Below are positions 20,712 to 30,501 of a stretch of DNA of 64,000 bases, piece by piece. Both the position numbers and the translations under genes were made by a program. The notes under the pieces were generated by a model. It was not told the DNA's origin, did not search any database, and worked only from the letters and a program-made list of their open reading frames with translations. The first letter of the stretch is position 1. The number at the start of each line of letters is the position of its first letter. This DNA is from a candidate division WOR-3 bacterium (GTDB lineage Bacteria; Hydrothermota; Tepidihabitantia; SM23-42; JAOAFX01), in NCBI GenBank assembly GCA_965649105.1, contig CBFGJP010000002.1, positions 637-64,636 of the forward strand, written 5' to 3'.

Positions 20712-21491
20712 TTAATCAACCACACACCAGCGCAGACCAGCAATTCGCTGATAGGCAAGTTTAAGGGTAACCTGCACTCCATTTATTCCCACAACTTGAA
20801 TTTTACCAAAGTGGTCAGTTGCTGCATCCCAATTGTCATTGTTGGGATCAATCCAGAAATAATACACTGCACCACTTGCAATGTCAGTTTGAGTTGAGTA
20901 TCCGCCAGGGGCATCAGCTATCGTTACATTGTCATAGTTGGATTGGCCACTGTTTTTTGTCACATTGACTTCGTTATTCAAGGGTGGAGTACGATCGCTT
21001 GGTGAGACGAAACGAATAGTTCCACCACCTGCTGTGCTATAAATCCAGTAATCAATCAAAGGATGATTATTGGCATTGGCGAGAGAATACGCTACTGCAT
21101 TCCCCTGGGCATTAAAACCAAATGCACTGGGATGGGTAGTATCAGGGTCTGAACTACCATAGACAATAAGCGAAGCAGTTTCAACTGCGCCACAATCAAC
21201 CGCATCTTTGCCGCTTTCTTGATCACCGGCATAGGCAGAGACTTCGTATAGTGCGGCCGGTGTAGTAGCGTTATAAGATGTAGTTGTCACGGTATCAATT
21301 ACCGCCCCATCCGCATAGATTAGATATCCATCAGCATCTGTGATTTCATCCCACTCAAGGGTAAGAGTTCCGCCCTGGTCACTGGTTGCAACTGTATATG
21401 TTACATCGGGTGTTTCCAGGGTTACTTCCTTCTCGCAGCCAACAAAAATAAACAAGGCAGAAATGATTGTTAAGGGTATAAATTTCTTCAT
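20712..21491 (-). CDS. lipoprotein, T/A/G/D-rich beta-rich extracellular protein (possible Ig/FN3-like fold)
   Basis: Lipobox LFIFVGC|E. Composition very different from neighbouring proteins (low Lys/Ile, high Thr/Ala/Gly/Asp). Locally higher GC. Confidence 0.5.
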   Translation of the reverse strand: MKKFIPLTIISALFIFVGCEKEVTLETPDVTYTVATSDQGGTLTLEWDEITDADGYLIYADGAVIDTVTTTSYNATTPAALYEVSAYAGDQESGKDAVDCGAVETASLIVYGSSDPDTTHPSAFGFNAQGNAVAYSLANANNHPLIDYWIYSTAGGGTIRFVSPSDRTPPLNNEVNVTKNSGQSNYDNVTIADAPGGYSTQTDIASGAVYYFWIDPNNDNWDAATDHFGKIQVVGINGVQVTLKLAYQRIAGLRWCVVD

Positions 21492-21500
21492 TTTATCCTC

Positions 21501-21776
21501 CTATTTCTGAGTTGGGGGTCTTAAACCACCACCGGTTCCGCCACCGCTTGGTGGTTTTGGCATACTTTTATGATATTTATCAAGATGCGCATTATAATTG
21601 GCGGTTAGCGAATCGAGTGCGGTCTGAAGACTTGTCACCTGCGCCTTCAGAGCACTGATTTCGGCTTTTGCCGCATCCAGTTGCTCTGTCGTCACCACAT
21701 TTGCCTGTTGTGGTGGTTGACAACCGATTATCGCAAAGGCAACCGCGATAATCAGTAGTGTTGCGAGTTTTTTCAT
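21501..21776 (-). CDS. small lipoprotein with coiled-coil segment and Gly/Pro-rich tail
   Basis: Lipobox AIIGC|Q; AGGAGG RBS; LDAAKAEISALKAQVTSLQTALDSL heptads; PKPPSGGGTGGGLRPP tail. Confidence 0.5.
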   Translation of the reverse strand: MKKLATLLIIAVAFAIIGCQPPQQANVVTTEQLDAAKAEISALKAQVTSLQTALDSLTANYNAHLDKYHKSMPKPPSGGGTGGGLRPPTQK

Positions 21777-21872
21777 ATCTTACCTCCTTGTTCCTCGCCA
21801 TTTTTGTGCAATTTCTCGCACCGCTACACAAGGTAGCACATCTTTATTAATATAGATGGCTTAGACCATCTA

Positions 21873-21946
<74 letters not shown>

Positions 21947-22037
21947 ATTTTGAAAGATCGTCTATGGTTATAAGGTTTGGAAGCCTGTAGCGTCAAAGGT
22001 AAAAAGTTTTTAGTTCCATTATGCTCCAAACCATATA

Positions 22038-22065
22038 ATTATACTCCAAATTCAATCTTTGTCAA
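22038..22065 (-). promoter_or_regulatory. sigma70-type promoter TTGACA-16-TATAAT driving tRNA-Ile, with a leader of about 85 nt
   Basis: Minus-strand ttgaca 22065..22060, tataat 22043..22038. Confidence 0.55.
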
Positions 22066-22118
22066 TAGAAAATTACCAACTTCGCAACCTAACGGGTTTT
22101 AACTATTTAACAAATCTT

Positions 22119-22325
22119 CTATTTCCTTGGATGTTCCGGGTCTGGCACGCAGGCACCAACCGGACAGACTGATGCACACTGCGGTTCATCAAAATGACCC
22201 ACACACTCCACACACTTATTGAAATCAATGACATATATTGGGTCGCCTTCGCTTATTGCCTGAACCGGACATTCTGGTGCACAAAGCCCACAGGCTGTGC
22301 AATCTTCGGTAATCTTATAAGCCAT
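22119..22325 (-). CDS. 2[4Fe-4S] ferredoxin
   Basis: 68 aa with two Cys clusters ([12 protein letters not shown] and [18 protein letters not shown]). Confidence 0.9.
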   Translation of the reverse strand: MAYKITEDCTACGLCAPECPVQAISEGDPIYVIDFNKCVECVGHFDEPQCASVCPVGACVPDPEHPRK

Positions 22326-22349
22326 TTTACCTCCTTTAGAAATTGAGAG

Positions 22350-22377
22350 ATTATATATAAATTTCTGCCAATGTCAA
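22350..22377 (-). promoter_or_regulatory. sigma70-type promoter TTGACA-16-TATAAT for ferredoxin gene (leadered, strong SD)
   Basis: Minus-strand ttgaca 22377..22372, tataat 22355..22350, AGGAGG before ATG 22325. Confidence 0.6.
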
Positions 22378-22402
22378 GCATTCGCTGACAACTCAATTTA
22401 AA

Positions 22403-23107
22403 TCAATGTGCGGGATGAAGATTATTCTTTAAAATTTCTTTTGCCCTTATTCCAATCGGTGAATTTGGGTATTTTACAACCAGTTCTTCAAGCATCTTTA
22501 ACCCCTCCTGTTTTTTTCCCATTTTTATGTAGATTTCGGCGACAAAAATCTTTGCCCGATGGATACGATTTGCTGGAAATTCTTTTTTCAACTCTTCAAG
22601 GGCAGATAATGCCTTCTCAAATTCATTTCTCTTGTCATAAACAAGCGAGAGGTAGAAGAGCGCAAAATCCCCAAGGTTTGTCTTTATGATCTTTTTTAAA
22701 CTATCCTCAGCAGATTTTAGGTCGTTGATTTCGTATCGGTAAATTGATTGTACCAATCTTTTCAAAAGAGCAGTATCCTTACGCGTAGACTCAATTAGAT
22801 GGAGCCTTTCCAGTGCCTCGTTCGCATACTTTGCATTAGAAAACCGCGCCACCGTTTTTAAATATTGTTCGCGCGCGGATAGTATTTCACATTTAAAAAA
22901 TAGATTTTCACCCATCAGATAATTTATCTCTGCCTCCGCCTCTAATCCGAAGCTATTTTCATATTTTTTTAGATAAAAGTTGGCACTATCAAATAAGCCC
23001 ATTTTGCGATATGCATCATTCAATGCAATGATATATGAATAATCTGGTTTTATTTCAATCAAATTCTTTAAGGAATCTATCTCCATAAAGAGTAAAATTA
23101 AGATCAT
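22403..23107 (-). CDS. TPR-repeat protein
   Basis: 234 aa of helical TPR-like repeats. ATGA overlap with the upstream giant ORF. Confidence 0.6.
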   Translation of the reverse strand: MILILLFMEIDSLKNLIEIKPDYSYIIALNDAYRKMGLFDSANFYLKKYENSFGLEAEAEINYLMGENLFFKCEILSAREQYLKTVARFSNAKYANEALERLHLIESTRKDTALLKRLVQSIYRYEINDLKSAEDSLKKIIKTNLGDFALFYLSLVYDKRNEFEKALSALEELKKEFPANRIHRAKIFVAEIYIKMGKKQEGLKMLEELVVKYPNSPIGIRAKEILKNNLHPAH

Positions 23108-26100
23108 TCTTGCTCCAGCAATGCCTTAAAATATTCTCTTATATAAGCTTCATATTCTACAGGATGGGGTTGTTTCAAAGCCCTTTGGATTATTTCCATT
23201 AATGCATCATGCCCCAATTCCTGCGGTAAGGAAGCCGGGGAAAGATGTCTTATATCTTCACCCGGCTTACTTTTTCTTTCTTTGGTCCAGTCTTCCTGTC
23301 TTATTGATCTTTCAGCATCAAGTAGCCTTGATATGATTAATTGCTGGCGTTCAATGAGTTTCCTATCTATTTTGTACTGATACAATGCTTCTTCCGTCTC
23401 TTTCATTTCTTCCGCAATATTATCGAGCAGTTCCTGGAATTTCCCCGCCTCAGGATAGCCTTTCAGCGATTCAAGTGCCTGTCTAAGTTCACGCTGTTTT
23501 CCGGCAAGGCGTTGAATCTGTGCCATTTGTTCGGAAGTTAATCCACTTGATAGAATGGGGAAGAGGTTAAATATTGATTGCCCAATACCCATCTGGTTTT
23601 GTGCCAGCGAAGATAAATTTTTCAAAAATTCATCAATACCAGTTGATGAACCGCTACCTTCCACAGCCTTTTTCAAACTCTGGAGCATTGATAAAGATGC
23701 AAGATTCAATTGTTTCATTGCCTCCCGAACATGGAATTTACCAGTATTTGCCGGATTTAAAGATGCTAATTCCATTTCCTTCAAAGCCTTGCTCAATCTT
23801 TTGCCAATCTCCGGTCCGACATAAATGCTTTTTACCTGCTGGGCATAAAGACTTTCTGCTACTTCATTTGTTGCCTTTGCAATCAACGATTGCCTATCCG
23901 GGTCAATCTTTTCTAATGTCAACAATTCTTCTTCAAGTTTAGACAACTCAATCAATTGATTCAGTGTTTCAAGGAGATTCCTTCGTAAATTTGCTGCCCT
24001 GCCTTTTGTCAATTCTTCATACAACCTCTGTAAATCTGCGGATAGTTTATTCAGTTCCTTTTTTAGTTCTTCGGGATTGAGGTTTTCTCCGTGAGACATT
24101 GAATGCGCCTGTTTTGAAGCCTGTTTTAATTGTTCTGAGATTTCTGGTTCAAGATTTTCGGATTCAGAAAGTTTTTCAATTTCTTTTGCAAGGCTATCAA
24201 TGGTTCGGTAAAGACTATCAAGGGATTCTTTCAATCCTTCCATTCCTTTGATTTCGCCAAGTCTTTTTAAATCTTCTGCCTGCTCCGACAATTCCTTTGC
24301 CTTATCGGCAAGTTCTTTTAATCTTTCTTCCTGTTGATACCTTTTTAGTAGTTCAAGGGTTCTCTCCAATGCGTTAGCAAGTTCTTCCTGGGCTTCCTTC
24401 AATTGTTCCATTGCCTTTTTTAGTTCTTCAGGATTTTTATGCAATGCCTGCTGCAAGTTCTCAAGTGCCCTTTTTAACTCCTCGGGTGCAATTTCTTTAA
24501 GTATTTTCGTAATCTCCTGGAGTCTTTCAATCGATTTCTGATCGAGAAAGATTCCGCTCTTTAATTTATCAATCGTATTCTTCAATTCATTTTGCCATTC
24601 TTCAATCTTTTTTAGGACCTCCTCTTCTTTATTTATGACTTCTTTAAGTTTTTCATTATCAAGCCAGGATAATTCTCGCTCCCGTTTTAATTTCTCTTCA
24701 AGCCTTTTTACTTCCTTCATTCCTTCCTGATGAGTACTTTTGAGATCTTTAATTTCAGATACAACCATTTCTTCCCTGCCCTTTACTTCTTCATATATTT
24801 GTTCCATTGTGGGGAAGTAAATGAAATATGTCTTGCTCTTAGTACGCTGACCACCCTGGTCCTGGACGACAACAAAATAAGAAACTCTATCTCCCGGCAA
24901 CATCCTCAGTTCGCTTAAATCCCACACATAAAAGATTGTATCATCAGTGCTGCCTTTTTTAAACTTCAAACTTATATCTTCCGCATTCTTGAATTGATAC
25001 ATTAGATTAACCTTACTCAAGCCATAATCATCACTGCATCTTATCCCCAAGGTGATTTTCATATTCGGGGGCATATTGATGTTGTATCCGGGAGAAAAAA
25101 TCTCTACAAGAGGCGCGAGGTCTGGTATTGCATAGATTGATATTTCTTCATTATGCGACGTTTCTCCGATGATTATTAAATTGGCTGTACCGCTTGAAGC
25201 AATTTTAAATCTTCCCGAAAATGATTCTCCATTACAGATAAGTTCTGTTGTATCGTTAAATAATAATCTTGCCTGGTTAATAACCTGCGATGCCTTTCCT
25301 TTTATCTCTACTTCTGTTCCCACAGGAACAATCAACTGTCTATCGTTCTTTATTTCATCCCACAACTTTGTATATTTTGGATAATGAATATAAAAGGTTA
25401 ACTCTTTTAGATATATTGGTTCAATAACACCTATGCTATAATCACCGGTCTTCAAATTGAAGAATTCAAAATGATAATTGAATGGTTCAATTATTTCAAT
25501 CTTTTTGTTTGCTTTACCATCAATAACCGGTAGTTCAAATCTTTTTATCCCGGTTTTTGTTTTGTAAACAAACACTACTTTTTCTGGAATATATGGTCCA
25601 AAAAGATTTAATGTAAATTCTACATTATCATTACGGCTAAATCTCCCTGATTTTGGTATAACAGTATATTCAATCCTGTGATTCAACGCAAACCAGAATC
25701 TACCCGGTAAGAATCCTGGAAAAGAAAGGACAAAGAGTAATGAAATTAAAAAAAACCCCAATGACCAGTTTAGAAACTTCTTGTCCGTAAATTTTTTGAC
25801 TTCAATATTAGCAAATTTTTCATCTGTAGATTCAACAAACGCATTTATCAGTTCTCTTGAGTAACCTTCACGATTATTTTCAGGGATGTGGAATATCTCA
25901 ATGGTGCTCACAATCTCGCCATTTGCGCCAACTTTCCGGTCTAACTCTTTTGCCCACTCGGCAAATTTTTTCCTACGATAAAAAATTATTGGAATTAAAC
26001 CGATAAATCCGTATAACGGAGATTTCAATAAAAATAACGAGACGGTTGTAGAAATCAGAATTGCACCTAAGGTGAATAAAAGCAAAGCAAAAAAATTTAT

Positions 26101-26151
26101 TAATCCTTGTTTATGTGCATACTTAATTACTTTTCTATCAATTATTGTCAT
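23104..26151 (-). CDS. giant membrane-anchored protein: N-terminal double TM and second TM pair, beta-rich middle region, approx. 320-aa coiled-coil, helical C-terminal domain
   Basis: 1015 aa. TM segments at approx. 20-60 and 125-150. Residues approx. 440-760 are strongly heptad-like E/K/L-rich. Translationally coupled to DUF4159 (upstream) and TPR (downstream) genes. Confidence 0.6.
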   Translation of the reverse strand: MTIIDRKVIKYAHKQGLINFFALLLFTLGAILISTTVSLFLLKSPLYGFIGLIPIIFYRRKKFAEWAKELDRKVGANGEIVSTIEIFHIPENNREGYSRELINAFVESTDEKFANIEVKKFTDKKFLNWSLGFFLISLLFVLSFPGFLPGRFWFALNHRIEYTVIPKSGRFSRNDNVEFTLNLFGPYIPEKVVFVYKTKTGIKRFELPVIDGKANKKIEIIEPFNYHFEFFNLKTGDYSIGVIEPIYLKELTFYIHYPKYTKLWDEIKNDRQLIVPVGTEVEIKGKASQVINQARLLFNDTTELICNGESFSGRFKIASSGTANLIIIGETSHNEEISIYAIPDLAPLVEIFSPGYNINMPPNMKITLGIRCSDDYGLSKVNLMYQFKNAEDISLKFKKGSTDDTIFYVWDLSELRMLPGDRVSYFVVVQDQGGQRTKSKTYFIYFPTMEQIYEEVKGREEMVVSEIKDLKSTHQEGMKEVKRLEEKLKRERELSWLDNEKLKEVINKEEEVLKKIEEWQNELKNTIDKLKSGIFLDQKSIERLQEITKILKEIAPEELKRALENLQQALHKNPEELKKAMEQLKEAQEELANALERTLELLKRYQQEERLKELADKAKELSEQAEDLKRLGEIKGMEGLKESLDSLYRTIDSLAKEIEKLSESENLEPEISEQLKQASKQAHSMSHGENLNPEELKKELNKLSADLQRLYEELTKGRAANLRRNLLETLNQLIELSKLEEELLTLEKIDPDRQSLIAKATNEVAESLYAQQVKSIYVGPEIGKRLSKALKEMELASLNPANTGKFHVREAMKQLNLASLSMLQSLKKAVEGSGSSTGIDEFLKNLSSLAQNQMGIGQSIFNLFPILSSGLTSEQMAQIQRLAGKQRELRQALESLKGYPEAGKFQELLDNIAEEMKETEEALYQYKIDRKLIERQQLIISRLLDAERSIRQEDWTKERKSKPGEDIRHLSPASLPQELGHDALMEIIQRALKQPHPVEYEAYIREYFKALLEQE

Positions 26152-26783
26152 CTCAGCGTTAATACATAAACAACAATATTTATTCCCATTCTCAATGCCT
26201 GTTCTCTTTTTTCCGGTGGGTCATTATGCACATCCGGGTCTTCCCAACCGTCACCAAGATCAGTCTCATAGGAATAGAATAATACAAGACGATTATTATA
26301 AAATATACCGAATCCCTGGGCAGGTTTATTATCATGCTCATGGATTTTAGGAAGTCCTTCAGGAAAATCATAAAAAGAATGGTATATAGGATGGTCAAAG
26401 GGTAGTGGAATCAATGGTGAATCAGGAAACACCCGTGCTATTTCTTTTCTAAAAGAAGAATCCATCCCATAACAGTCATCTGCGTGGAGAAAGCCACCAT
26501 TGATTAGATAATTCCTTAAAATTTTTACCTCTTCATCACTAAATTTAACATTACCATGGCCAGTCATATAAAGATAAGGGTATTTAAATATATCAGGGTT
26601 TGTGAGTTCAACCACCGCCTCTTTTGGTGCGGCGCGAATGTTGGTTCTTTCATTAATTGCCTTCAATAGATTGGGTAGGGAACTCGGGTCACAATACCAA
26701 TCTCCGCCGCCTCCATATTTCAATCGCGCAATGGTAAAATCATACTGGTTGAACAACAAAAGTTCAAGAAGCAAAAAGACCAT
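26148..26783 (-). CDS. DUF4159-family protein
   Basis: 211 aa; hydrophobic N-terminus; conserved motifs YGGGGDWYCDP, YPYLYMTGHG, GGFLHADDCYG as remembered for DUF4159. Confidence 0.55.
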   Translation of the reverse strand: MVFLLLELLLFNQYDFTIARLKYGGGGDWYCDPSSLPNLLKAINERTNIRAAPKEAVVELTNPDIFKYPYLYMTGHGNVKFSDEEVKILRNYLINGGFLHADDCYGMDSSFRKEIARVFPDSPLIPLPFDHPIYHSFYDFPEGLPKIHEHDNKPAQGFGIFYNNRLVLFYSYETDLGDGWEDPDVHNDPPEKREQALRMGINIVVYVLTLR

Positions 26784-26860
26784 ATTTTTATTATAAACTA
26801 AAACAAATCTTTGTCAAGATAAGAATAAATTCAGTTGCTGCCTTTAATAAAAAATATATC

Positions 26861-26888
26861 TTGCATATTGATATTATTTATATATAAT
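26861..26888 (+). promoter_or_regulatory. sigma70-type promoter TTGCAT-16-TATAAT; leaderless start at yidD ATG 26896
   Basis: ttgcat 26861-26866, tataat 26883-26888, ATG 7 nt later. Confidence 0.55.
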
Positions 26889-26895
26889 CCCTTAA

Positions 26896-27258
26896 ATGAT
26901 TTTAATAATCTTATTTCTTCTCAGCCAGCAACCGAAAGAGACAAATCCGGTAAAGGTAGTCTTTAAAACAACTATAAAATTATATCAAAAACTTATTTCA
27001 CCAGCCCAGGGTGATGTCTGTAATTTTTCTCCTTCCTGTTCTCATTTTGCCTCAGCAGCAATTGAAAAATATGGAATATTCTGGGGTTCCTTGATGGCTG
27101 CTGACCGTCTGATGCGGTGCAATCCTTCAGCAATAAATTACTTTGATACATTTTATTCCGGCATAAAGGATAATAAAGTATATGACCCTGTAGAAAATAA
27201 TTATATTTTAGGATCGATTAAAAAGCATTTTGAAATATTTATTGAGCCGATAGAATGA
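26896..27258 (+). CDS. yidD: membrane protein insertion efficiency factor YidD
   Basis: ISPAQGDVCNFSPSCSHFASAAIEKYG…RLMRCNP matches the YidD (DUF37) signature. Confidence 0.8.
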   Translation: MILIILFLLSQQPKETNPVKVVFKTTIKLYQKLISPAQGDVCNFSPSCSHFASAAIEKYGIFWGSLMAADRLMRCNPSAINYFDTFYSGIKDNKVYDPVENNYILGSIKKHFEIFIEPIE

Positions 27259-27959
27259 TTATCTTTTTTATCTTATTTCAGTCAGAATTATTCAATCCTG
27301 AGCAAATTTTAAAATTTGGTGATTGTTTATTCATTGAAGGCGATTATAATGCGGCGTTAAATGAATATCGTAGATACTTATATTTATGCGATAGCAATAA
27401 ACAGGTGGTTAATGAAAAAATAATTGATTGTCTGGCACATTTGGGGAGATATGATGAAGCCATCTCGGCATTAAAGTATTTTGATGATTCAACCAAACTA
27501 ATATATACAAAATCCTGGTTATATCTATTAAAAAAAGATTATCCCGCAGTCAGAGATTTGCTTAAGGATAAAGTTAATGAACAAAAGGCAAGGCATTATA
27601 TCGGATTGAGTTATGCCGGTGAATTCAACTTTGCAAAGGCCGGCGAATTCATTAATTTACCAAACCCCCTACCTCGGCATAAGAGCCCATTCCTTGGTGG
27701 ATTATTCTCTTTATTCCCCGGTGGTGGCAATTTTTATTGCAAAAGAGTCGGAGATGGAATCTACTCAATGCTTATAATCGGTACCGGTGCGGGAATTGCT
27801 TACTATTATCATTCGCAAAATGAAAATACAAAATTTTATCTCGCCCTCGGGATAAGTCTTTTATTTTATGCCGGCAACATTTATGGCGGGATAAATGCTG
27901 TGCGTAACTATAATTATTACGAAGATGTAAGATATCGGGATTTAATTTTTAATAGATGA
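27255..27959 (+). CDS. TPR-like N-terminal domain / Gly-rich membrane C-terminal domain protein (paralog A)
   Basis: C-terminal LFPGGGNFYCKRVGDG…IGTGAGIAYYY…YAGNIYGGINA pattern; ATGA coupling on both sides. Confidence 0.5.
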   Translation: MIIFFILFQSELFNPEQILKFGDCLFIEGDYNAALNEYRRYLYLCDSNKQVVNEKIIDCLAHLGRYDEAISALKYFDDSTKLIYTKSWLYLLKKDYPAVRDLLKDKVNEQKARHYIGLSYAGEFNFAKAGEFINLPNPLPRHKSPFLGGLFSLFPGGGNFYCKRVGDGIYSMLIIGTGAGIAYYYHSQNENTKFYLALGISLLFYAGNIYGGINAVRNYNYYEDVRYRDLIFNR

Positions 27960-28711
27960 TACTTTTAATCTTCAGTCAATTTTGTCTTGCTGAATCTTTG
28001 TTCTATAATAATCAATACGATCTGGCAGTGATTGAATATAAAAGATTATTCTTCTTTGATTCTACTTCATATAAAAATATGCAATTGCGTTTGCATTACA
28101 CCATTACACGCCTTTATAAAGATTATTTCTCAGGCTATGAAGATCTACAAAAATTATTGAATGATTTTCCGGATATTGATGCAGAATCTAGAATCTTGCT
28201 TGCTAAAGAGCTCATCAATACTGATAATTTTAGCCTTGCCATTGATGTTTTGAAATCAATCAGCGAAGATAATCTTTTGAAAAAAAGGTTAACCGGTTAC
28301 GGTTATTTATTTAACCATCAATATTATAATGCCTTGCACGAATTTCAAGGTATGGATGAAAATCTCAGTGCAGAGATAGAGCGGTATATAAATGGGTCAC
28401 GAAAGTCAATCACCCGTGCAATGTTATTCTCCGCAATTCTACCGGGCACGGGTGAAGTATATGCGGGTGATTTAAAAAGAGGAATTCAGGATTTCATTCT
28501 TACCTTTTTGAGTGGATTTCTGATGTATAACTCAATCAAAAATAAAAAATATGTAGATGCCGGGATTATATTTAGTCTTGCATTCAATCGTTTTTACTTT
28601 GGTTCAATATCTAATGCGGGAAGGATTGTTTATAAAATAAATGAACAATCAGAAGAGGAATTTTTAAAAAAAATAAAATTGAAATATTATCAACAGGAGT
28701 TCAATGATTAA
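27956..28711 (+). CDS. TPR-like N-terminal domain / Gly-rich membrane C-terminal domain protein (paralog B)
   Basis: Same architecture as 27255-27959, with C-terminal ILPGTGEVYAGDLKRG…FLSGFLMYN motif. Confidence 0.5.
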   Translation: MILLIFSQFCLAESLFYNNQYDLAVIEYKRLFFFDSTSYKNMQLRLHYTITRLYKDYFSGYEDLQKLLNDFPDIDAESRILLAKELINTDNFSLAIDVLKSISEDNLLKKRLTGYGYLFNHQYYNALHEFQGMDENLSAEIERYINGSRKSITRAMLFSAILPGTGEVYAGDLKRGIQDFILTFLSGFLMYNSIKNKKYVDAGIIFSLAFNRFYFGSISNAGRIVYKINEQSEEEFLKKIKLKYYQQEFND

Positions 28712-28795
28712 AAATTATCCTCGCCACCGGCTAATTTTTAAGAGTGCATTAGCCTGGGCAGGGAAAGAAAAATGGCAAGGATAAGCCATTAAATA

Positions 28796-28823
28796 TTGAC
28801 ATTGGAAACTATGTGAATATAAT
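28796..28823 (+). promoter_or_regulatory. sigma70-type promoter TTGACA-16-TATAAT for M6 protease / kinase operon (near-leaderless)
   Basis: ttgaca 28796-28801; tataat 28818-28823; ATG 28835. Confidence 0.55.
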
Positions 28824-28834
28824 TATTTGGTATT

Positions 28835-30496
28835 ATGATTCCACTAATTTTTATTTTATTATCAATGCCACCAAGTCCGTATACCCGGGCACCGATTAAA
28901 CCCCCCAAATTTCCTGCCTTAATGAATAGAGGCCCGGGATTTATTCAACCGGCACTCGGTGAAAAAAAGACAATTGTAATACTTGTGGATTTTTCCGATA
29001 ATGTAGCACAATATCCTAAGTCAGGATTTGATTCTTTGATCTATGGCGAAAATGAAAATTCTATGCGTAAATACTACAGTGAAGTATCCTATGGAAAGTT
29101 TACCATCAGCAAACAGAGTAATATCGTCGGCTGGGTTCGTGCACCGCAGAATTATGACTATTATGTCGGTGATTCATTTGGCTTTTACAGTGATTATCCC
29201 CATAATGTGCAGAAACTTGTCGAAGATGCCTGTGCCCTTGCTGACCCTTATGTTGATTTTTCTCAATATGACGGCGATGGCGATGGAATAGTGGATGGGA
29301 TATTCATTGTCCATGCCGGTCCGGGTGCTGAAGAAACCGGTAGTCCAAATGATATCTGGTCCCACCAGTGGCAACTCTCAAATACCGGGACGAGTTGTCC
29401 CGGACCTTATCAGACCCAAGACGGGGTGAAGGTAGATTATTACTCAATGGAACCGGAAAAGCTTGTTAATCCGCCTTCAAGGATCACGGTTGGTGTCTTT
29501 GTCCATGAATTTGGCCATGTACTTGGATTGCCTGATTTGTACGATATAGATTACTCAACAAATGGAATTGGTTTGTTCTGTTTAATGGCGGCTGGTTCCT
29601 GGGGTAGAATCAATTCTGCAGATCTCCCCGGCAATTCGCCATCCCATCCTTCTGCCTGGTGCAAATATCAACTGGGCTGGCTTACACCGACACCGGTAGA
29701 ACAGTCTGGGATTAGCAAATTGGAGCAGCAGTTAATTCCCTGCTCAGCAAAGAGTCCATTTGCAATTCGGATGTGTGAAGACCCGGGTGGTCCAGACTGG
29801 AATAGTTATACTGGTGGAAGGGGTGAATATTTCCTGATTGAGAACAGATACCGAACTGGATTTGACCGCGCGCTTCCTGGTAATGGATTGCTCATTCTCC
29901 ATGTTGATGATTCAAGAACAACCAACCAAAATGAAAACCATCCATTGGTCGGTATTATGCAGGCAGATGGTGAGGCTGGTTTTTTGCTTCCAAGGTCCAC
30001 CTGGGGAAGGGCTGAAGACTTATGGAAGAATGACACGATTGGATTCTATGATGGTTCAATACCATCAAGTAGATTTTATGGCGATTCCGCAAGCGGTGTA
30101 ACAGTTTATAATATCGGACCTGCAGATTCTATAATGACCGCATCCTTCTGGATAAGCCCAGTATTTCTGGGAAGGGTTGCTTCGTTTCCTAATCCATTTC
30201 GAGCTGATCGATTACCGTCGTGGGGCAAAAGTGTTGTTATTTCATATACACCATCTGATACCACCGAGTTAGGTGCTCAACATCCACCGTTTAAAGTCAC
30301 AATATATAATATCGCAGGAGAAAGGGTAAGAATTCTTGATACCCCAGATGAAATTGACATCTATAGAAGGTGTGCATTATGGGATTTGAAGAACGAAAAA
30401 GGAAATGATGTGGTGAGTGGGATGTATATCTATGTTATTGAATTACAGACAGAAAGGGTAGAAAGGAGTAAGGGTAGACTCACTATAATCAGATAA
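28835..30496 (+). CDS. secreted M6-family (immune inhibitor A-like) zinc metalloprotease with T9SS C-terminal sorting domain
   Basis: HEFGHVLGLPDLYD zincin motif in M6 context; N-terminal signal sequence; C-terminal approx. 80 aa with T9SS CTD pattern (…KVTIYNIAGERVRIL…GMYIYVIELQT…). Confidence 0.75.
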   Translation: MIPLIFILLSMPPSPYTRAPIKPPKFPALMNRGPGFIQPALGEKKTIVILVDFSDNVAQYPKSGFDSLIYGENENSMRKYYSEVSYGKFTISKQSNIVGWVRAPQNYDYYVGDSFGFYSDYPHNVQKLVEDACALADPYVDFSQYDGDGDGIVDGIFIVHAGPGAEETGSPNDIWSHQWQLSNTGTSCPGPYQTQDGVKVDYYSMEPEKLVNPPSRITVGVFVHEFGHVLGLPDLYDIDYSTNGIGLFCLMAAGSWGRINSADLPGNSPSHPSAWCKYQLGWLTPTPVEQSGISKLEQQLIPCSAKSPFAIRMCEDPGGPDWNSYTGGRGEYFLIENRYRTGFDRALPGNGLLILHVDDSRTTNQNENHPLVGIMQADGEAGFLLPRSTWGRAEDLWKNDTIGFYDGSIPSSRFYGDSASGVTVYNIGPADSIMTASFWISPVFLGRVASFPNPFRADRLPSWGKSVVISYTPSDTTELGAQHPPFKVTIYNIAGERVRILDTPDEIDIYRRCALWDLKNEKGNDVVSGMYIYVIELQTERVERSKGRLTIIR

Positions 30497-30501
30497 AGTA
30501 A

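Noticed and set aside
21592-21831. 79-aa ORF on the minus strand overlapping the small lipoprotein gene and the region next to tRNA-Ile
   Set aside because: Out-of-frame overlap with a well-supported lipoprotein CDS (which has an RBS and lipobox). Composition is Arg/Cys-rich and atypical; likely a shadow ORF.
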